Shown piece by piece: positions 1 to 10,237 of a DNA stretch of 64,000 bases; position 1 is the first letter of the stretch, and each line of letters opens with the position of its first letter. This stretch comes from Alphaproteobacteria bacterium (lineage in GTDB: Bacteria > Pseudomonadota > Alphaproteobacteria > MPNO01 > UBA830): NCBI GenBank assembly GCA_964291215.2, contig OZ219791.1:224001-288000 (forward strand), in the 5' to 3' direction. Position numbers and translations under genes: made by a program. The notes under the pieces were generated by a model, which was given only the letters and a program-made list of their open reading frames with translations, was not told the DNA's origin and made no database searches.

Positions 1-1041
1 GTCACCCCGGACCACGCCGCCATGCATCTTGAGCGCCCGAACGGTGGCGACGATGACCGCGGCGTCCGGCCTGAGGTCGGCCTTCCTGCACTTGATGTCG
101 AAGAATTTCTCGCCGCCGAGATCGGCGCCGAATCCGGCCTCCGTCACCACATAATCGGCAAGCCGGAGCGCGGCGTTCGTCGCCATCACCGAATTGCACC
201 CGTGGGCGATGTTGGCGAAAGGCCCACCATGAATCAACGCGGGCGTGTTTTCAAGGGTCTGGACGAGGTTCGGCATCAGGGCATCGCGCAGGAGCACCGT
301 CATCGCACCGCTCGCTTCCAGTTCGCGCGCGGCAATCGGCGCCTGAGCCCGGGTCCGGCCGACGATGATGTTGCCCAGCCGCCGCTCGAGATCGCGGAGC
401 GAGTCGGCGAGGCAGAAGATGGCCATGATTTCCGAGGCCACCGTGATGTCGAATCCGGTCTCGTGCGCGAAGCCGTTGGCCACCCCGCCCAGGCTGGTGA
501 CGATCCCGCGGAGCGCCCGGTCGTTGATGTCCACCACCCGGCGCCACGACACCCTCCGGGAATCGAGCTCCAACCCGTTACCCCAGTAGATGTGATTGTC
601 GATCATCGCCGACAGCAGGTTGTGGGCGGCCCCGATGGCGTGCATATCCCCGGTAAAGTGAAGGTTGATGTCCTCCATCGGCACCACTTGCGCGTATCCG
701 CCGCCGGCCGCGCCGCCCTTCATGCCGAAGCAGGGGCCAAGCGACGGTTCGCGGATGCAGATCGCGGCCTTCTTGCCGATGCGCGAAAGACCGTCGCCGA
801 GACCGACGGTCGTCGTCGTCTTGCCCTCGCCCGCGGGCGTCGGTGTGATAGCGGTCACGAGAATCAGCTTACCGGACGGACGATCGCCGAGGCCGGCGAG
901 GAAGTCGTGGTCGATCTTGGCCTTGTCCGAACCGTAGACGCGAAGGGCATCGGGCGGGATATCGAGCTTTGCGCCGATCTCGGCAATCGGAACGGTTTTG
1001 GCTCCGCGCGCGATCTCGATGTCGGTCAGATGCGTACCCAT
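1..1041 (-). CDS. fhs: Formate--tetrahydrofolate ligase, 3' part runs off the window
   Basis: Not in the ORF track because it has no stop in the window. The minus strand from ATG 1041 reads [15 protein letters not shown]...[25 protein letters not shown]...[36 protein letters not shown]...[14 protein letters not shown]...[11 protein letters not shown], which are the Fhs signatures. Confidence 0.97.
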   Translation of the reverse strand, partial: MGTHLTDIEIARGAKTVPIAEIGAKLDIPPDALRVYGSDKAKIDHDFLAGLGDRPSGKLILVTAITPTPAGEGKTTTTVGLGDGLSRIGKKAAICIREPSLGPCFGMKGGAAGGGYAQVVPMEDINLHFTGDMHAIGAAHNLLSAMIDNHIYWGNGLELDSRRVSWRRVVDINDRALRGIVTSLGGVANGFAHETGFDITVASEIMAIFCLADSLRDLERRLGNIIVGRTRAQAPIAARELEASGAMTVLLRDALMPNLVQTLENTPALIHGGPFANIAHGCNSVMATNAALRLADYVVTEAGFGADLGGEKFFDIKCRKADLRPDAAVIVATVRALKMHGGVVRGD

Positions 1042-1358
1042 TCCGCCTGTCCCTCCCGGAGTTTCGCCGTCCAGCCCGCGATCCGTCGAATTGCCTGCCG
1101 GGCGAGGCCACATCGGTGCCCAACCTATCACAGCTGACGGGCATCCAACCAGTTGCACGGGCACGAGCCATCCATCCTCCGGACAGCGCCTCCCCTTCGA
1201 CCGGCATCCGCGGCGCGGAACCTTGGCGTAGAGCCGGCCGGTTGCCGACAACATTGAGGATCGAGGACAGTTCGCCTATCATGCCCGCACTCCCCGCCGC
1301 CTGCGCGCCGATGCAGGCCTTTGCGGAACCGCGGCCGGGGCGGACAGGGACATGACCG

Positions 1359-2159
1359 ATGAGCGATAACGACCCCGCCGCGCCAGAACCGGCCAGCAGC
1401 ACGGATTCGCCGTCCGACGGTAGGAAGAAGGCTCCGCTGTCGGTCAAGCGCCTGATACCGGCGGCGATCCTCATTGCGGGCCTGGTTGCATTCTTCGCGC
1501 TCGGCCTTGACCGGTATCTCTCGCTCGACGCGCTGAAAGAGCACCGCGTGGCCATTCGGTCATGGGTCGGCGAGAACGGCTTCATGGCCGCACTCGTCTA
1601 CATGGCGATCTACGCCACGGCCGTCGCGTTCTCGGTGCCGGGGGCAACCGTGATCACCGTGACCGGCGGCTTTCTCTACGGCCCGTTCCTCGGAACGCTC
1701 TACACGGTCGTCGGCGCGACCACCGGCTCCGCCGCGGTATTCCTCGCCGCGCGCTACGCCTTCGGCGACTGGCTCAGGACACGGGCCGGGCCGGCGATCA
1801 GGCGCATGGAGGCCGAGTTCCGGGAGAACGGCGTCAGCTACATGCTGGTCCTGCGGCTGGTGCCGTTATTTCCGTTCTTCCTCGTGAACCTGGTGCCGGC
1901 GTTTCTCGGCATCAGCTTCAGGCTGTACCTGATCTGCACGCTCGTCGGCATCATCCCGGGCACCTTCGTCTACGCGCTGGTGGGCGACGGGGCGGGAGCG
2001 ATCCTGGACCAGGGCGGCAATCTGGATCTCGGAATCATCTTTTCGCCACGGGTGCTCGCGCCGATCATCGGCCTCTCGGTACTGTCCTGCATTCCGCTGC
2101 TGTACAAGAAGATCCGCGATCGGAAACGTGCGGCCGCATCCCGGACCAAGGCCGGCTGA
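1359..2159 (+). CDS. TVP38/TMEM64 (DedA/VTT domain) membrane protein
   Basis: Hydrophobic helices and the motifs LRLVPLFPFFLVN and GIIPGTFVY. Confidence 0.9.
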   Translation: MSDNDPAAPEPASSTDSPSDGRKKAPLSVKRLIPAAILIAGLVAFFALGLDRYLSLDALKEHRVAIRSWVGENGFMAALVYMAIYATAVAFSVPGATVITVTGGFLYGPFLGTLYTVVGATTGSAAVFLAARYAFGDWLRTRAGPAIRRMEAEFRENGVSYMLVLRLVPLFPFFLVNLVPAFLGISFRLYLICTLVGIIPGTFVYALVGDGAGAILDQGGNLDLGIIFSPRVLAPIIGLSVLSCIPLLYKKIRDRKRAAASRTKAG

Positions 2160-2246
2160 CGACGCCCCGAACTCCGGGCGCGCACGGTGGACGCGCATGG
2201 CGAACGGGGTGAAATCGGGCGCACGCGGATCAGGAGACTCGCCAAC

Positions 2247-3830
2247 ATGCAACCCAACACGGTGAACATCGACCGGTCCGGCACGGCGCCGGTCTTTACC
2301 TTTGCCGACTCGTTCAACGTCTCGACCTGCATGATCGATCGCCACCTCGACGAGGGACGGGGCGAGCGCCTGGCCTATGTCACGGACGGCGGGCAGGTTA
2401 CCTACGCCGAGCTGGCGGCCCGGGTGAACTGCTGGGGCCAGGCCCTTCGCGACGCCGGGATGGCGCCCGGCGACCGCCTGATGATGGTGGTGCGGGACTG
2501 CCCCGAATTTGTCTACCTCTTCTACGGCGCGATCAGAACCGGCATCATTCCCGTTCCCCTCAATACGCTGCTCCGGACCGCGGATTATCGCTACATGTTC
2601 GAGGATTCCGGGTGTAGCGCCGTCATCTACTCGCAGGACTTCGCCGGCGAGGTCGAGCCGGCGCTCGCCGAAGCGTCGCCGAAGCCCGCCTTTACCGCCC
2701 GGCTCGAAGGTCCCGGCGGCATGGCAGAGTGGGTTCCGGCGGGCCCGGTATCGATCGAAACGCACCCGTCAACCGCCTCGGCGGACTGTTTCTGGCTCTA
2801 CTCCTCCGGATCCACCGGCCGCCCCAAGGGCACCGTGCACCGGCAGCGCGACCTCCTAGTTAACACGGTCCTGTACACCGAACCGGTGATGGACATCACG
2901 GAGGACGACATCCTGTTCTCGGCGGCCAAGCTGTTCTTCGCCTATGGGCTCGGCAACTCGATGAGTTTTCCCCTCTTCTACGGCGCGTGCACGATCCTGT
3001 CCGACGAACGCCCGACACCGGAGATGACATTCCGCATCATCAAGAAGTTCCGCCCGACGATCTTTTTCGGCGTACCGACCCTCTATGCCGCCCAGTGCCG
3101 GGCGCTGGAGACGGAGACGCCCGACCTCTCAAGCCTGCGCGCCTGCATTTCCGCCGGCGAGGCGCTGCCGTCGCCGATCTTCCGCCGCTGGAAGGAAAAG
3201 ACCGGCCTCACGCTGATCGATGGAATCGGGTCGACGGAGTGCACGCACATCTTCATCTCCAACCTGCCCGGCGACGCCCGGCCCGGCACCAGCGGAAAGG
3301 CGCTGCCCGGCTACGAGGCCCGGATCGTCGACGAGGACGGCAACGATGTCGCACAGGGCGACGTGGGTCGACTCTGGGTTCGCGGCCAGTCGGTTGCGGC
3401 CCGATACTGGAACCAGCCCAAACGGACGGCCGCGACCATGCTGGGCAACGACTGGCTGAATACCGGAGACACCTACCAGCAGGACGAGGACGGCTATTTC
3501 GTCTATTGCGGACGTTCTGACGACATGATCAAGGTCGGCGGAATCTGGTGCTCACCGATCGAAATCGAGTCGCGCCTGATCGACCATCCGCTAGTTCTCG
3601 AGGCGGGGGTCGTCGGCCGCGAGGACGATGACGGCCTCGTCAAGCCTGAAGCCCATATCGTGCTCAAGGATCCGAATTCCCTGCCACCCGGCCTCAAGGA
3701 CGACCTTCTCGAACACTGCAAGGCGGGCCTTGCACGCTACAAGTATCCCCGCTGGTTCCATTTCGTGGAGGACCTGCCCAAGACGGCGACCGGCAAGATC
3801 CAGCGCTTTCGGCTCCGGACCGGGGAATAG
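2247..3830 (+). CDS. Benzoate-CoA ligase family protein
   Basis: Motifs FWLYSSGSTGRPKG, AAKLFFAYGLGN, DGIGSTECTHIF and LPKTATGKIQR. RBS AGGAG precedes ATG 2247. Confidence 0.92.
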   Translation: MQPNTVNIDRSGTAPVFTFADSFNVSTCMIDRHLDEGRGERLAYVTDGGQVTYAELAARVNCWGQALRDAGMAPGDRLMMVVRDCPEFVYLFYGAIRTGIIPVPLNTLLRTADYRYMFEDSGCSAVIYSQDFAGEVEPALAEASPKPAFTARLEGPGGMAEWVPAGPVSIETHPSTASADCFWLYSSGSTGRPKGTVHRQRDLLVNTVLYTEPVMDITEDDILFSAAKLFFAYGLGNSMSFPLFYGACTILSDERPTPEMTFRIIKKFRPTIFFGVPTLYAAQCRALETETPDLSSLRACISAGEALPSPIFRRWKEKTGLTLIDGIGSTECTHIFISNLPGDARPGTSGKALPGYEARIVDEDGNDVAQGDVGRLWVRGQSVAARYWNQPKRTAATMLGNDWLNTGDTYQQDEDGYFVYCGRSDDMIKVGGIWCSPIEIESRLIDHPLVLEAGVVGREDDDGLVKPEAHIVLKDPNSLPPGLKDDLLEHCKAGLARYKYPRWFHFVEDLPKTATGKIQRFRLRTGE

Positions 3831-3834
3831 CGAG

Positions 3835-5184
3835 ATGGTGTCGAGCGCCGACACCGGAAGCCTCGTCGCGGCAGACGGCCTCTGCGACCTGACCGCCACC
3901 GAGGCGGCGCAGCAGATCGCGACAGGGGAGATCACCTCCGAGGCCCTGGTTGGCGCCTGCCTCGAACGCATCGGGAAATGCAATGGCGAGCTCCGCGCCT
4001 GGCGGTTCGTCGACCCCGACCTGGCACTCGAACAGGCGTGCGAGAGGGACGGGGCCGCCGGCGCCCGCGAACCGCTGCACGGCGTGCCGGTCGGCGTGAA
4101 GGATGTTCTCGACACGTTCGACATGCCGACGGAGTACGGCTCGGCACTCTACAGCGGACACCGGCCGGCGACCGATTCCAACTGCGTCGCGGCGCTTCGA
4201 AGAGCGGGCGCCGTCATACTCGGCAAGACCACGACGACAGAGTTCGCGAGCCCGGTTCCGGTCGGCGTGCGCAACCCGCACGATGCGGACCGGACGCCTG
4301 GCGTTTCCTCCGGCGGCTCGGCAGCAGCCGTCGCCGCCTTCATGACACCGCTCGCCAACGGCACCCAGACCGGCGGCTCGGTCATCCTGCCGGCGGCCTT
4401 TTGCGGAGTGGTCGGATACAAGGCATCGCTCGACGGTCTCGACCGGGGCGGCATCCGGAGCCTCAAGCCACATCTCGACACGCTCGGCTATTTCGCAAGA
4501 TCGGTGGCCGATATCGGGCTGGTCTACAGCGCGGTGACGGGAGAGAGCGCCGCCACAGCCGATACGCGGCCGCGCATCGGGTTATGCCGCACCGGAGCCT
4601 GGAACGAAGCGGAACCCGCGACGAGGACGGTGCTCGAGAATGCCGCCGCGGCACTCGGCGCGGCCGGCTATGACGTCGCGGACATCGACCTGCCGCCGGA
4701 GTTCGACGTCATCGAGGGCGCATTCCGGGTGATTTCCAATTTCGAGGGAAAACAGGCGCTGGCGGAAGAATACCGCACCGGCATCGACGGCATGAACCAC
4801 TGGCTTCAGGAGACAGGCAGATCATCCTGGACGCAGGACGACTACGATGGGGCGCGCGCCACGGCGGCGGCGGCCCGGACCGCCCTCGGCAAGATCTTCG
4901 AGACGTTTCCTGTCCTTCTGACGCCGTCGACCGCGGGAGAGGCGCCGACAGACCTCGAGGGCGTGTCGATATCGTCGTTCAACCGCACCTGGACGCTGAT
5001 GCACGGGCCCGCGATCACGCTGCCCGTCGCGACCGGCCCTGCCGGGATGCCGCTCGGCGTGCAGCTGGTGGCGCGTCCGGGGGCGGACGCCGCGCTGATT
5101 TCATGGTCGGCCGAAATCGCGAATATCCTGAGTCGAGTCGCCCCGGAAAATCTCACCCCGAGGCGCTCACGAAACTGTACATGA
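3835..5184 (+). CDS. Amidase (amidase signature family); last ~17 codons come from the insertion at 5132
   Basis: Motifs GVKD and TPGVSSGGSAAAVA...GTQTGGSVI. The native end ...NILTP* is restored by removing 5132-6876. Confidence 0.9.
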   Translation: MVSSADTGSLVAADGLCDLTATEAAQQIATGEITSEALVGACLERIGKCNGELRAWRFVDPDLALEQACERDGAAGAREPLHGVPVGVKDVLDTFDMPTEYGSALYSGHRPATDSNCVAALRRAGAVILGKTTTTEFASPVPVGVRNPHDADRTPGVSSGGSAAAVAAFMTPLANGTQTGGSVILPAAFCGVVGYKASLDGLDRGGIRSLKPHLDTLGYFARSVADIGLVYSAVTGESAATADTRPRIGLCRTGAWNEAEPATRTVLENAAAALGAAGYDVADIDLPPEFDVIEGAFRVISNFEGKQALAEEYRTGIDGMNHWLQETGRSSWTQDDYDGARATAAAARTALGKIFETFPVLLTPSTAGEAPTDLEGVSISSFNRTWTLMHGPAITLPVATGPAGMPLGVQLVARPGADAALISWSAEIANILSRVAPENLTPRRSRNCT

Positions 5185-5270
5185 CAGTCTCCCGTCATAC
5201 GGCTCTTCCTGCCCAAACCTGACGGCTTTTCCTGTGTCATCGGGTTCCTCCTGTTGTCAGTTGTTCCGAT
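5132..5270 (-). ncRNA. Group II intron 3' fragment (D4 stub without RT ORF, D5, D6)
   Basis: The minus strand reads GAGCCGTATGACGGGAGACTGTCATGTACAGTTT (D5) then CTCGGGGTGAGATTTTCCGGGGCGACTCGAC (D6, AC end). Confidence 0.88.
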
Positions 5271-5289
5271 TTACCTCCTGTTGTCTTCG

Positions 5290-5552
5290 TGTCACACCTT
5301 GAGGCTGGCATTTTCCATGCGCAGCAACACCACCGTCGACCGCTTCCGCGCGTCGACGCCGGCCTCGGCAAGAAGCCCACCCAGACGCGCAACCTCCTGC
5401 TTCAGCGCAAGAGACTGCTTCGCCGTCCGCCGAACTTCCTTGATCTCCGCACGGGCAGCTGACAGCTTCTCACGATTGCTCTCGAAAATTGCCTTCACCC
5501 AAGTTGGCACTTTTTGCAGCCTTGAATTTTTATCACGTTGCGCGATTTTTTT
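5290..5552 (-). pseudogene. Coiled-coil N-terminal fragment, probably of an IS66-type transposase
   Basis: Reads EVARLGGLLAEAGVDARKRSTVVLLRMENASL. No catalytic motif is present, so the family call is tentative. Confidence 0.45.
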
Positions 5553-5555
5553 GCG

Positions 5556-5640
5556 CCCCACTTCCAGTCTGAAGTGCAACACCCGGCCCTCATCGCAGTG
5601 AGGGCGTAGCCCGAACGGAGATGAGGGCCGGGTGTTGCGC
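5556..5640. repeat. IS30-type end remnant with 19-bp perfect hairpin
   Basis: Arms GCAACACCCGGCCCTCATC (5576-5594) and GATGAGGGCCGGGTGTTGC (5620-5638). It is preceded by TGAAGTGCAAC, also found at the IS30 end near 6710-6720. Confidence 0.65.
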
Positions 5641-5800
5641 AAATTTTTCCCCTCTGCCCCTCTCGATTCCGCCTGGGAACAGCTTCAGTTCCTTCAACAT
5701 CGAGCTTATGCAACGCCTTTGTCGGCTTCAAGCCACTATTCCGCCGTCGCGCGGCATGGACCCTGCTGCACGTTGCGGCTTTGGAACGCAGATGGTCAGG

Positions 5801-6731
5801 GCGGTTTCACTTCAAGATTACCTCCGTCGGCGATCCCAGGACTTTCCGAGTGTTGAGCCGCACCTTCTGAACATCTTCGTTGCATGTCGCGCGAAAGTCC
5901 ATGCCCTTCGGGAAGTACTCCCGCACCAGGCCGTTGGTGTGCTCATTCAAGCCGCGCTCCCAAGAATGGAAAGGCGAAGAAGAAATCTGCGTCAAGTGCG
6001 ACACGCCTGTGGTCTGCGAACTCCGTTGTCTGACGTGATTGTGTGGACCAATAGCGCACCAGAGCCGAGCAGGCGGATCATACCAACCGTGTCTTTCTGT
6101 CCACCCAGCAAGGTGTATTTCGTGGCACGAGCGACACGACAGCTCCACTGTGAGCTTTGCCGATGATGGCTCCCAGTCGCCGATCCGTTCCTTTGCCTCC
6201 GCAGGGCGCTCGGAAATGTCCACTCGGCCAGAATGGCATCCGCCCTTCCAGTTCGGCTTCTTGCCGCGCCGCCGAAGCTTCAAGACGCCCCCAGCTCTCC
6301 GATCTTCGGCGATCATGGATCCGTTCACGGCCCTCCAGTCGAAAACGGCCGCTGATCTGCTCGGGGCCCTCCCGCAGCTTTTTCTGAGCTTCAGCCCGAG
6401 GCGTCAACCGCCAGGAAACAGACGAAGCTGCCCTGCGTTTCTGCCATCCTTTGCGCCTGCTTGTAACGGTAACCCCGTCCCCCGGTGTTGCGCTTGATCT
6501 CCCGGAAAATTGTTGATCGGCCCAGCTGCCGAGCAATCGCACCTTGTGAAAGACCGCTTTTCTGCCTCAATCTGGCATCGCTCTTCGTAGGTGACGGTAG
6601 CCTTTGGACATGAACAAGCTCCCTCCATCTTGTACAGGAACTTTCGCCGCTGCTGGACAGCTCCGCAACATCATGCGTCTAAAAACACATGGCCACAGCC
6701 CATTATGGGTTGCACTTCACTATGAAACGGG
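5801..6731 (-). mobile_element. Degraded IS30 family element inserted in an IS3 orfA fragment
   Basis: Fragments MSKGYRH..TYEERCQI, RIGDWE and PFHSWERGLNEHTNGLVREYFPKG, with many short deletions. It separates ATGGTCAGG (5792) from AAGCGTTAT (6734), with a GG duplication. Confidence 0.85.
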
Positions 6732-6733
6732 GG

Positions 6734-6810
6734 AAGCGTTATAAGCCTGAGAAGATCGTGAGTTTGCTGCGGCAGGCGGAAGTCGTGCACGGGCAGGGCA
6801 TGTCGATGGC
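6734..6810 (+). pseudogene. IS3 family orfA fragment
   Basis: KRYKPEKIVSLLRQAEVVHGQGMSMA, homologous to the IS3 fragment at 14865-15129. Confidence 0.85.
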
Positions 6811-6872
6811 GGGAGACTGTCACGTACGGTTCTGTGAGCGCCTCGGGGTGAAATTTCCCGGGGCGACTCGAC
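6806..6872 (+). ncRNA. Group II intron 3' fragment (partial D5 and D6)
   Basis: GGGAGACTGTCACGTACGGTTCTGTGAGCGCCTCGGGGTGAAATTTCCCGGGGCGACTCGAC, fused to the IS3 fragment at ATG(G/A)CGG microhomology. Confidence 0.88.
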
Positions 6873-7092
6873 CTGACGCCGTAGGCGCCCGGTGCCGACC
6901 CGGCAGGCCGCCCGGCTGTGATCCGGATCAGGAAGACTCCCGTCGCATGCCGCCCGGCTTGCGGCCGGCGGGTTGGAGCGTCCCGTGCAGGAGCTGTCGC
7001 GCCGCCCGTGCCAGGATTCGGCCGAACGGCGCCGGCACTTGTCAGAATCCCCAGCCGGCCTATATTCACACCCGTCCTTAGCCGGAGGTTCC

Positions 7093-7983
7093 ATGAGCGT
7101 CGCATCCAACCTCGCCGACATGATCAGGAACAGCAACGAATTTGTCGTCGCCCCGGGCGTGTTCGACATGATCTCAGCCAAGATCGCCGACCGCATGGAG
7201 TTCCATGCGCTCTATATGACCGGATCCGGAACGGTGGCCTCCTATCTAGGGCTGCCGGACGCCGGCATCGCCACCTATACCGATATGGTGGCGCGGGCCG
7301 CGCGCATCGCAGGCGGCACCACGACGCCGCTGATGGCCGATGCCGATACCGGGTATGGCGGGCTCGTCAACGTGCGCGAAACCGTACGCGGCTACGAACA
7401 GGCGGGCGTCGCCGCGATACAGATCGAGGACCAAGACTTCCCGAAGAAATGCGGTCATCTCTCAGGCCACAGGCTGATCGCGGCGGAGGACATGGTGGCC
7501 AAGATCAGGGTCGCCCTCGATTCGCGGCTGTCCGACGACACGCTGATCATCGCCCGCACCGACGCGATCAAGGCCTACGGCAGCGACGAAGCCATGCGGC
7601 GCGCGGAAATGTATGTCGAGGCGGGCGCCGACATCCTGTTCTGCGAGGCACCGGCCGATGTCGACGAGATGCGCGCGATCGCCCGCCGCTTCGGCGGCGT
7701 TCCGCTCCTCGCCAACATGGTCAATGGCGGTGCGACCCCGGTTCTGACGCCAGCTGAACTTGCGGAGATCGGCTACCGCATCGCGATTTTCCCGGCAGCC
7801 GGCTTCCTCGCCACCTGCGAGGCCCTGACCTCCGCCTATACGGCCCTCGGGACGACAGGAAACGTCGAGGACGGCGGCGTGCGCCTGTTCCCGTTCGGGG
7901 AATTCAACGACCTGATGGGATTCGGCGACGTGATCGAGTTCGAAGACAGGTACACGCCGCTGGACGGCGCTGCAGATGGCTGA
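7093..7983 (+). CDS. Isocitrate lyase/PEP mutase family protein
   Basis: Motifs ADADTGYG, IEDQDFPKKCGH and IIARTDA. RBS GGAGG. Confidence 0.92.
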   Translation: MSVASNLADMIRNSNEFVVAPGVFDMISAKIADRMEFHALYMTGSGTVASYLGLPDAGIATYTDMVARAARIAGGTTTPLMADADTGYGGLVNVRETVRGYEQAGVAAIQIEDQDFPKKCGHLSGHRLIAAEDMVAKIRVALDSRLSDDTLIIARTDAIKAYGSDEAMRRAEMYVEAGADILFCEAPADVDEMRAIARRFGGVPLLANMVNGGATPVLTPAELAEIGYRIAIFPAAGFLATCEALTSAYTALGTTGNVEDGGVRLFPFGEFNDLMGFGDVIEFEDRYTPLDGAADG

Positions 7984-8602
7984 CAACCCGGTCAGGGTGA
8001 CCCTGTACCGCTGGGCCGGCCGATGGGGCCCGTTCAGGGTCAACATTCCGTGCGGCGAATGCGCGCTCACGGTCGACGTCATAGAGGACACCTTCGCGCA
8101 CGAACTTACCGGCATACCCGTGGAAATCGATTCGCGCGAATGGCTGAGCGAATGGTGGCGTCCGCTGCCCGCCGGCGGCTGGCACGCCCCGATCGTCATG
8201 GTGGAGGGCCGGGTGGTGAGCCAGGGCCACGCGCTCAATCGCGGCGTGCTGACCGAAGCGGTCATCGCCGCGCATGTCCGTCGGAGCGAAATCCGCGGCA
8301 ACTACGTGTTCGGCAAGGAAGGCTGTCCCCATTGCGTGCGCGCCAAGTCCTATCTCGACGAGGCCGGCATGGACTACGAGTATCACGACGTGGTCCGCGA
8401 GCCCCGAGCGCTCTACGAGATGCTCGGGCGGATCAAGCCCATCATCGGCCCCAAGACCCCGGTAACGGTGCCGCAGATCTGGCTTGACGGCTCCTATGTG
8501 GGCGGCGCCGACGACCTTTCGGAACGGCTTGAGCGATCCGTCGAGCCCAACCCCGACCGCGGCCGGAACTCGCTTTCTCCCGGCTCCGGCGCGCGTGGCT
8601 GA
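7976..8602 (+). CDS. Two-domain glutaredoxin-like protein
   Basis: N-terminal CGEC thioredoxin-like domain and C-terminal CPHC...TVPQIW...YVGG glutaredoxin domain. Confidence 0.85.
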   Translation: MADNPVRVTLYRWAGRWGPFRVNIPCGECALTVDVIEDTFAHELTGIPVEIDSREWLSEWWRPLPAGGWHAPIVMVEGRVVSQGHALNRGVLTEAVIAAHVRRSEIRGNYVFGKEGCPHCVRAKSYLDEAGMDYEYHDVVREPRALYEMLGRIKPIIGPKTPVTVPQIWLDGSYVGGADDLSERLERSVEPNPDRGRNSLSPGSGARG

Positions 8603-8656
8603 GCGCGAAACCGCCGACGACCCCTTCCGGCCGGCGGCAGGCGAGGCCCTCCCCCG

Positions 8657-9586
8657 ATGAACCGCCCCCCCGCAGAACCGCAGACGCCGGCAGGCGAGGG
8701 GATATTTCTCGACCATGTCGGCTGGTTCGTGTCCGACATGGATGCGGCCGCAAATGACTTCGCACGGCTCGGGTTTCCGATGACGCCGCTGACAGTGCAC
8801 GAAAACGCCCAACCTGACGGACGGCGGGTTCCCTCGGGCACCGCCAACCGCTGCGCCATGATCGCGCGCGGCTATCTCGAAGTGCTGATCAGGCTTCCGG
8901 ATCTCGACACGCCGCTGACCCGCCAGATGGACGCTGCGCTGAATCGCTATGACGGGCTTCACCTCATCGCCTTCGCGGTCGCCGACACGGCAGCTGCGGC
9001 GGAGCGGCTGCGCGAGAACGGCTTCGACCCGGCCGCGCCGGTCGCACTTCGCCGCCCGATGCCGCTCGACGCGGGGGGCGAGGCCATCGCGGGATTCTCC
9101 GTCCTTCGTCTGCTACGGGACGACATGCCCGAGGGGCGGATCCAGATCCTCACTCACGAGACGCCGGACACCGTCTGGCAGCCGTCGGTAACCGCCGCCG
9201 GCAACGCCGCCGACATGCTGTCGGGCCTGCTGATCTGCTGCAGCGATCCGGACGAAACCGCCGCAAGATATGCGCGTTTCGCCGGGCGCAAGATGGCGGG
9301 GGAAGCCCCGCTCCGCCGGATCGCTCTCGACCGCGGCGAGATCGCGATCACCGACCCCGCGGCATGCCGCGCCCTGCTTCCGGGCGTCGAAATCCCTTCC
9401 CTACCGTTCATGGCGGCGGTGGCAGTGCGCTGCGCCGACCTCGCGGCGACCCGCGCGTTCCTCGCCGCAGGCAGCGTCCGGCTGCTCGCCGACGAGCCCG
9501 AACGGCTGATCGTGCATCCCGAGGACGGCGCCGGCGCATGCTTCGTAATGCACGCGCACGGGACCGACCCGTTCGGAGCGACATGA
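8657..9586 (+). CDS. VOC/glyoxalase-like family protein
   Basis: LDHVGWFV...GTANRC...GYLEVL pattern. Confidence 0.8.
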   Translation: MNRPPAEPQTPAGEGIFLDHVGWFVSDMDAAANDFARLGFPMTPLTVHENAQPDGRRVPSGTANRCAMIARGYLEVLIRLPDLDTPLTRQMDAALNRYDGLHLIAFAVADTAAAAERLRENGFDPAAPVALRRPMPLDAGGEAIAGFSVLRLLRDDMPEGRIQILTHETPDTVWQPSVTAAGNAADMLSGLLICCSDPDETAARYARFAGRKMAGEAPLRRIALDRGEIAITDPAACRALLPGVEIPSLPFMAAVAVRCADLAATRAFLAAGSVRLLADEPERLIVHPEDGAGACFVMHAHGTDPFGAT

Positions 9587-10119
9587 GCGATATCTGGATA
9601 TTCGGGTACGGATCCCTGATCTGGCGGCCGGACTTTCCTCATGCCGAGGCGCAACCGGCGTCGATTGACGGATGGACACGGCGATTCTGGCAGGGCTCGA
9701 CCGACCACCGGGGCGTGCCCGGATCGCCGGGCCGGGTGGTAACGCTGGTCGAGAAAGCCGGAAGCACGTGCCACGGGCGCGCCTACAGGGTCGGTGCCGA
9801 CGCCAGGGATGCCGTCATCGCCGGCCTCGACCATCGGGAAAAGGGCGGCTACGCGCTCCGGGACGTGGACATCCGCTTCGGGGCGGTGCGCGCGCCGGTC
9901 CGCGGCGTGGTCTACATCGCCACCCCCGGCAACCCCAACTGGCTGGGCCGGGCCGACATGGCGGAGATCGCCGCGCAGGTGGCAGGAGCGACCGGACTGT
10001 CAGGAAGCAACGCGGAATACGTGCTCCAGCTTGCAGACGCCATCCGTTCCATGGGGGCCGAAGACCCGCATGTCTTCGCCCTCGCCGGGCGCCTCGAGCC
10101 TGCCGAGCTCTCCGCATAG
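9583..10119 (+). CDS. chaC: Gamma-glutamylcyclotransferase (ChaC-like)
   Basis: Motifs WIFGYGSLIW, DHRG..PGRVVTL, LDHRE and GSNAEY. Confidence 0.9.
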   Translation: MSDIWIFGYGSLIWRPDFPHAEAQPASIDGWTRRFWQGSTDHRGVPGSPGRVVTLVEKAGSTCHGRAYRVGADARDAVIAGLDHREKGGYALRDVDIRFGAVRAPVRGVVYIATPGNPNWLGRADMAEIAAQVAGATGLSGSNAEYVLQLADAIRSMGAEDPHVFALAGRLEPAELSA

Positions 10120-10237
10120 TGTCGCGGCCGCCGCCGGCGCGGCTTGCGGGCCTTGCTTGACGGATACGGGGCAAAAGCGATACTCACGGGAATGAAAACG
10201 GTCGGCATCCGGAGCGGCCGGCCGAGGGAGAAAGAAC

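Larger units (their letters stand above)
5132..6872. mobile_element. Chimeric insertion bounded by inverted group II intron 3' ends, 4-bp TSD CTGA
   Basis: CTGA at 5128-5131 and 6873-6876. The termini GTCGAGTCGCCCCGG.../...CCGGGGCGACTCGAC form ~65-bp imperfect inverted repeats. Confidence 0.85.

Noticed and set aside
22-1137. 371-aa plus-strand ORF and other long antisense ORFs (e.g. 60092-61573, 45754-46845, 15503-16450)
   Set aside because: These are shadow frames of real genes in GC-rich DNA.
1050-1200. Possible ZTP (pfl) riboswitch upstream of fhs (GCAACTGG..., GCC..GCCCGG)
   Set aside because: It lacks the ACTGRCG, GTGG/CCAC helix and CGCCTGGG elements, so it cannot be supported without a covariance search.
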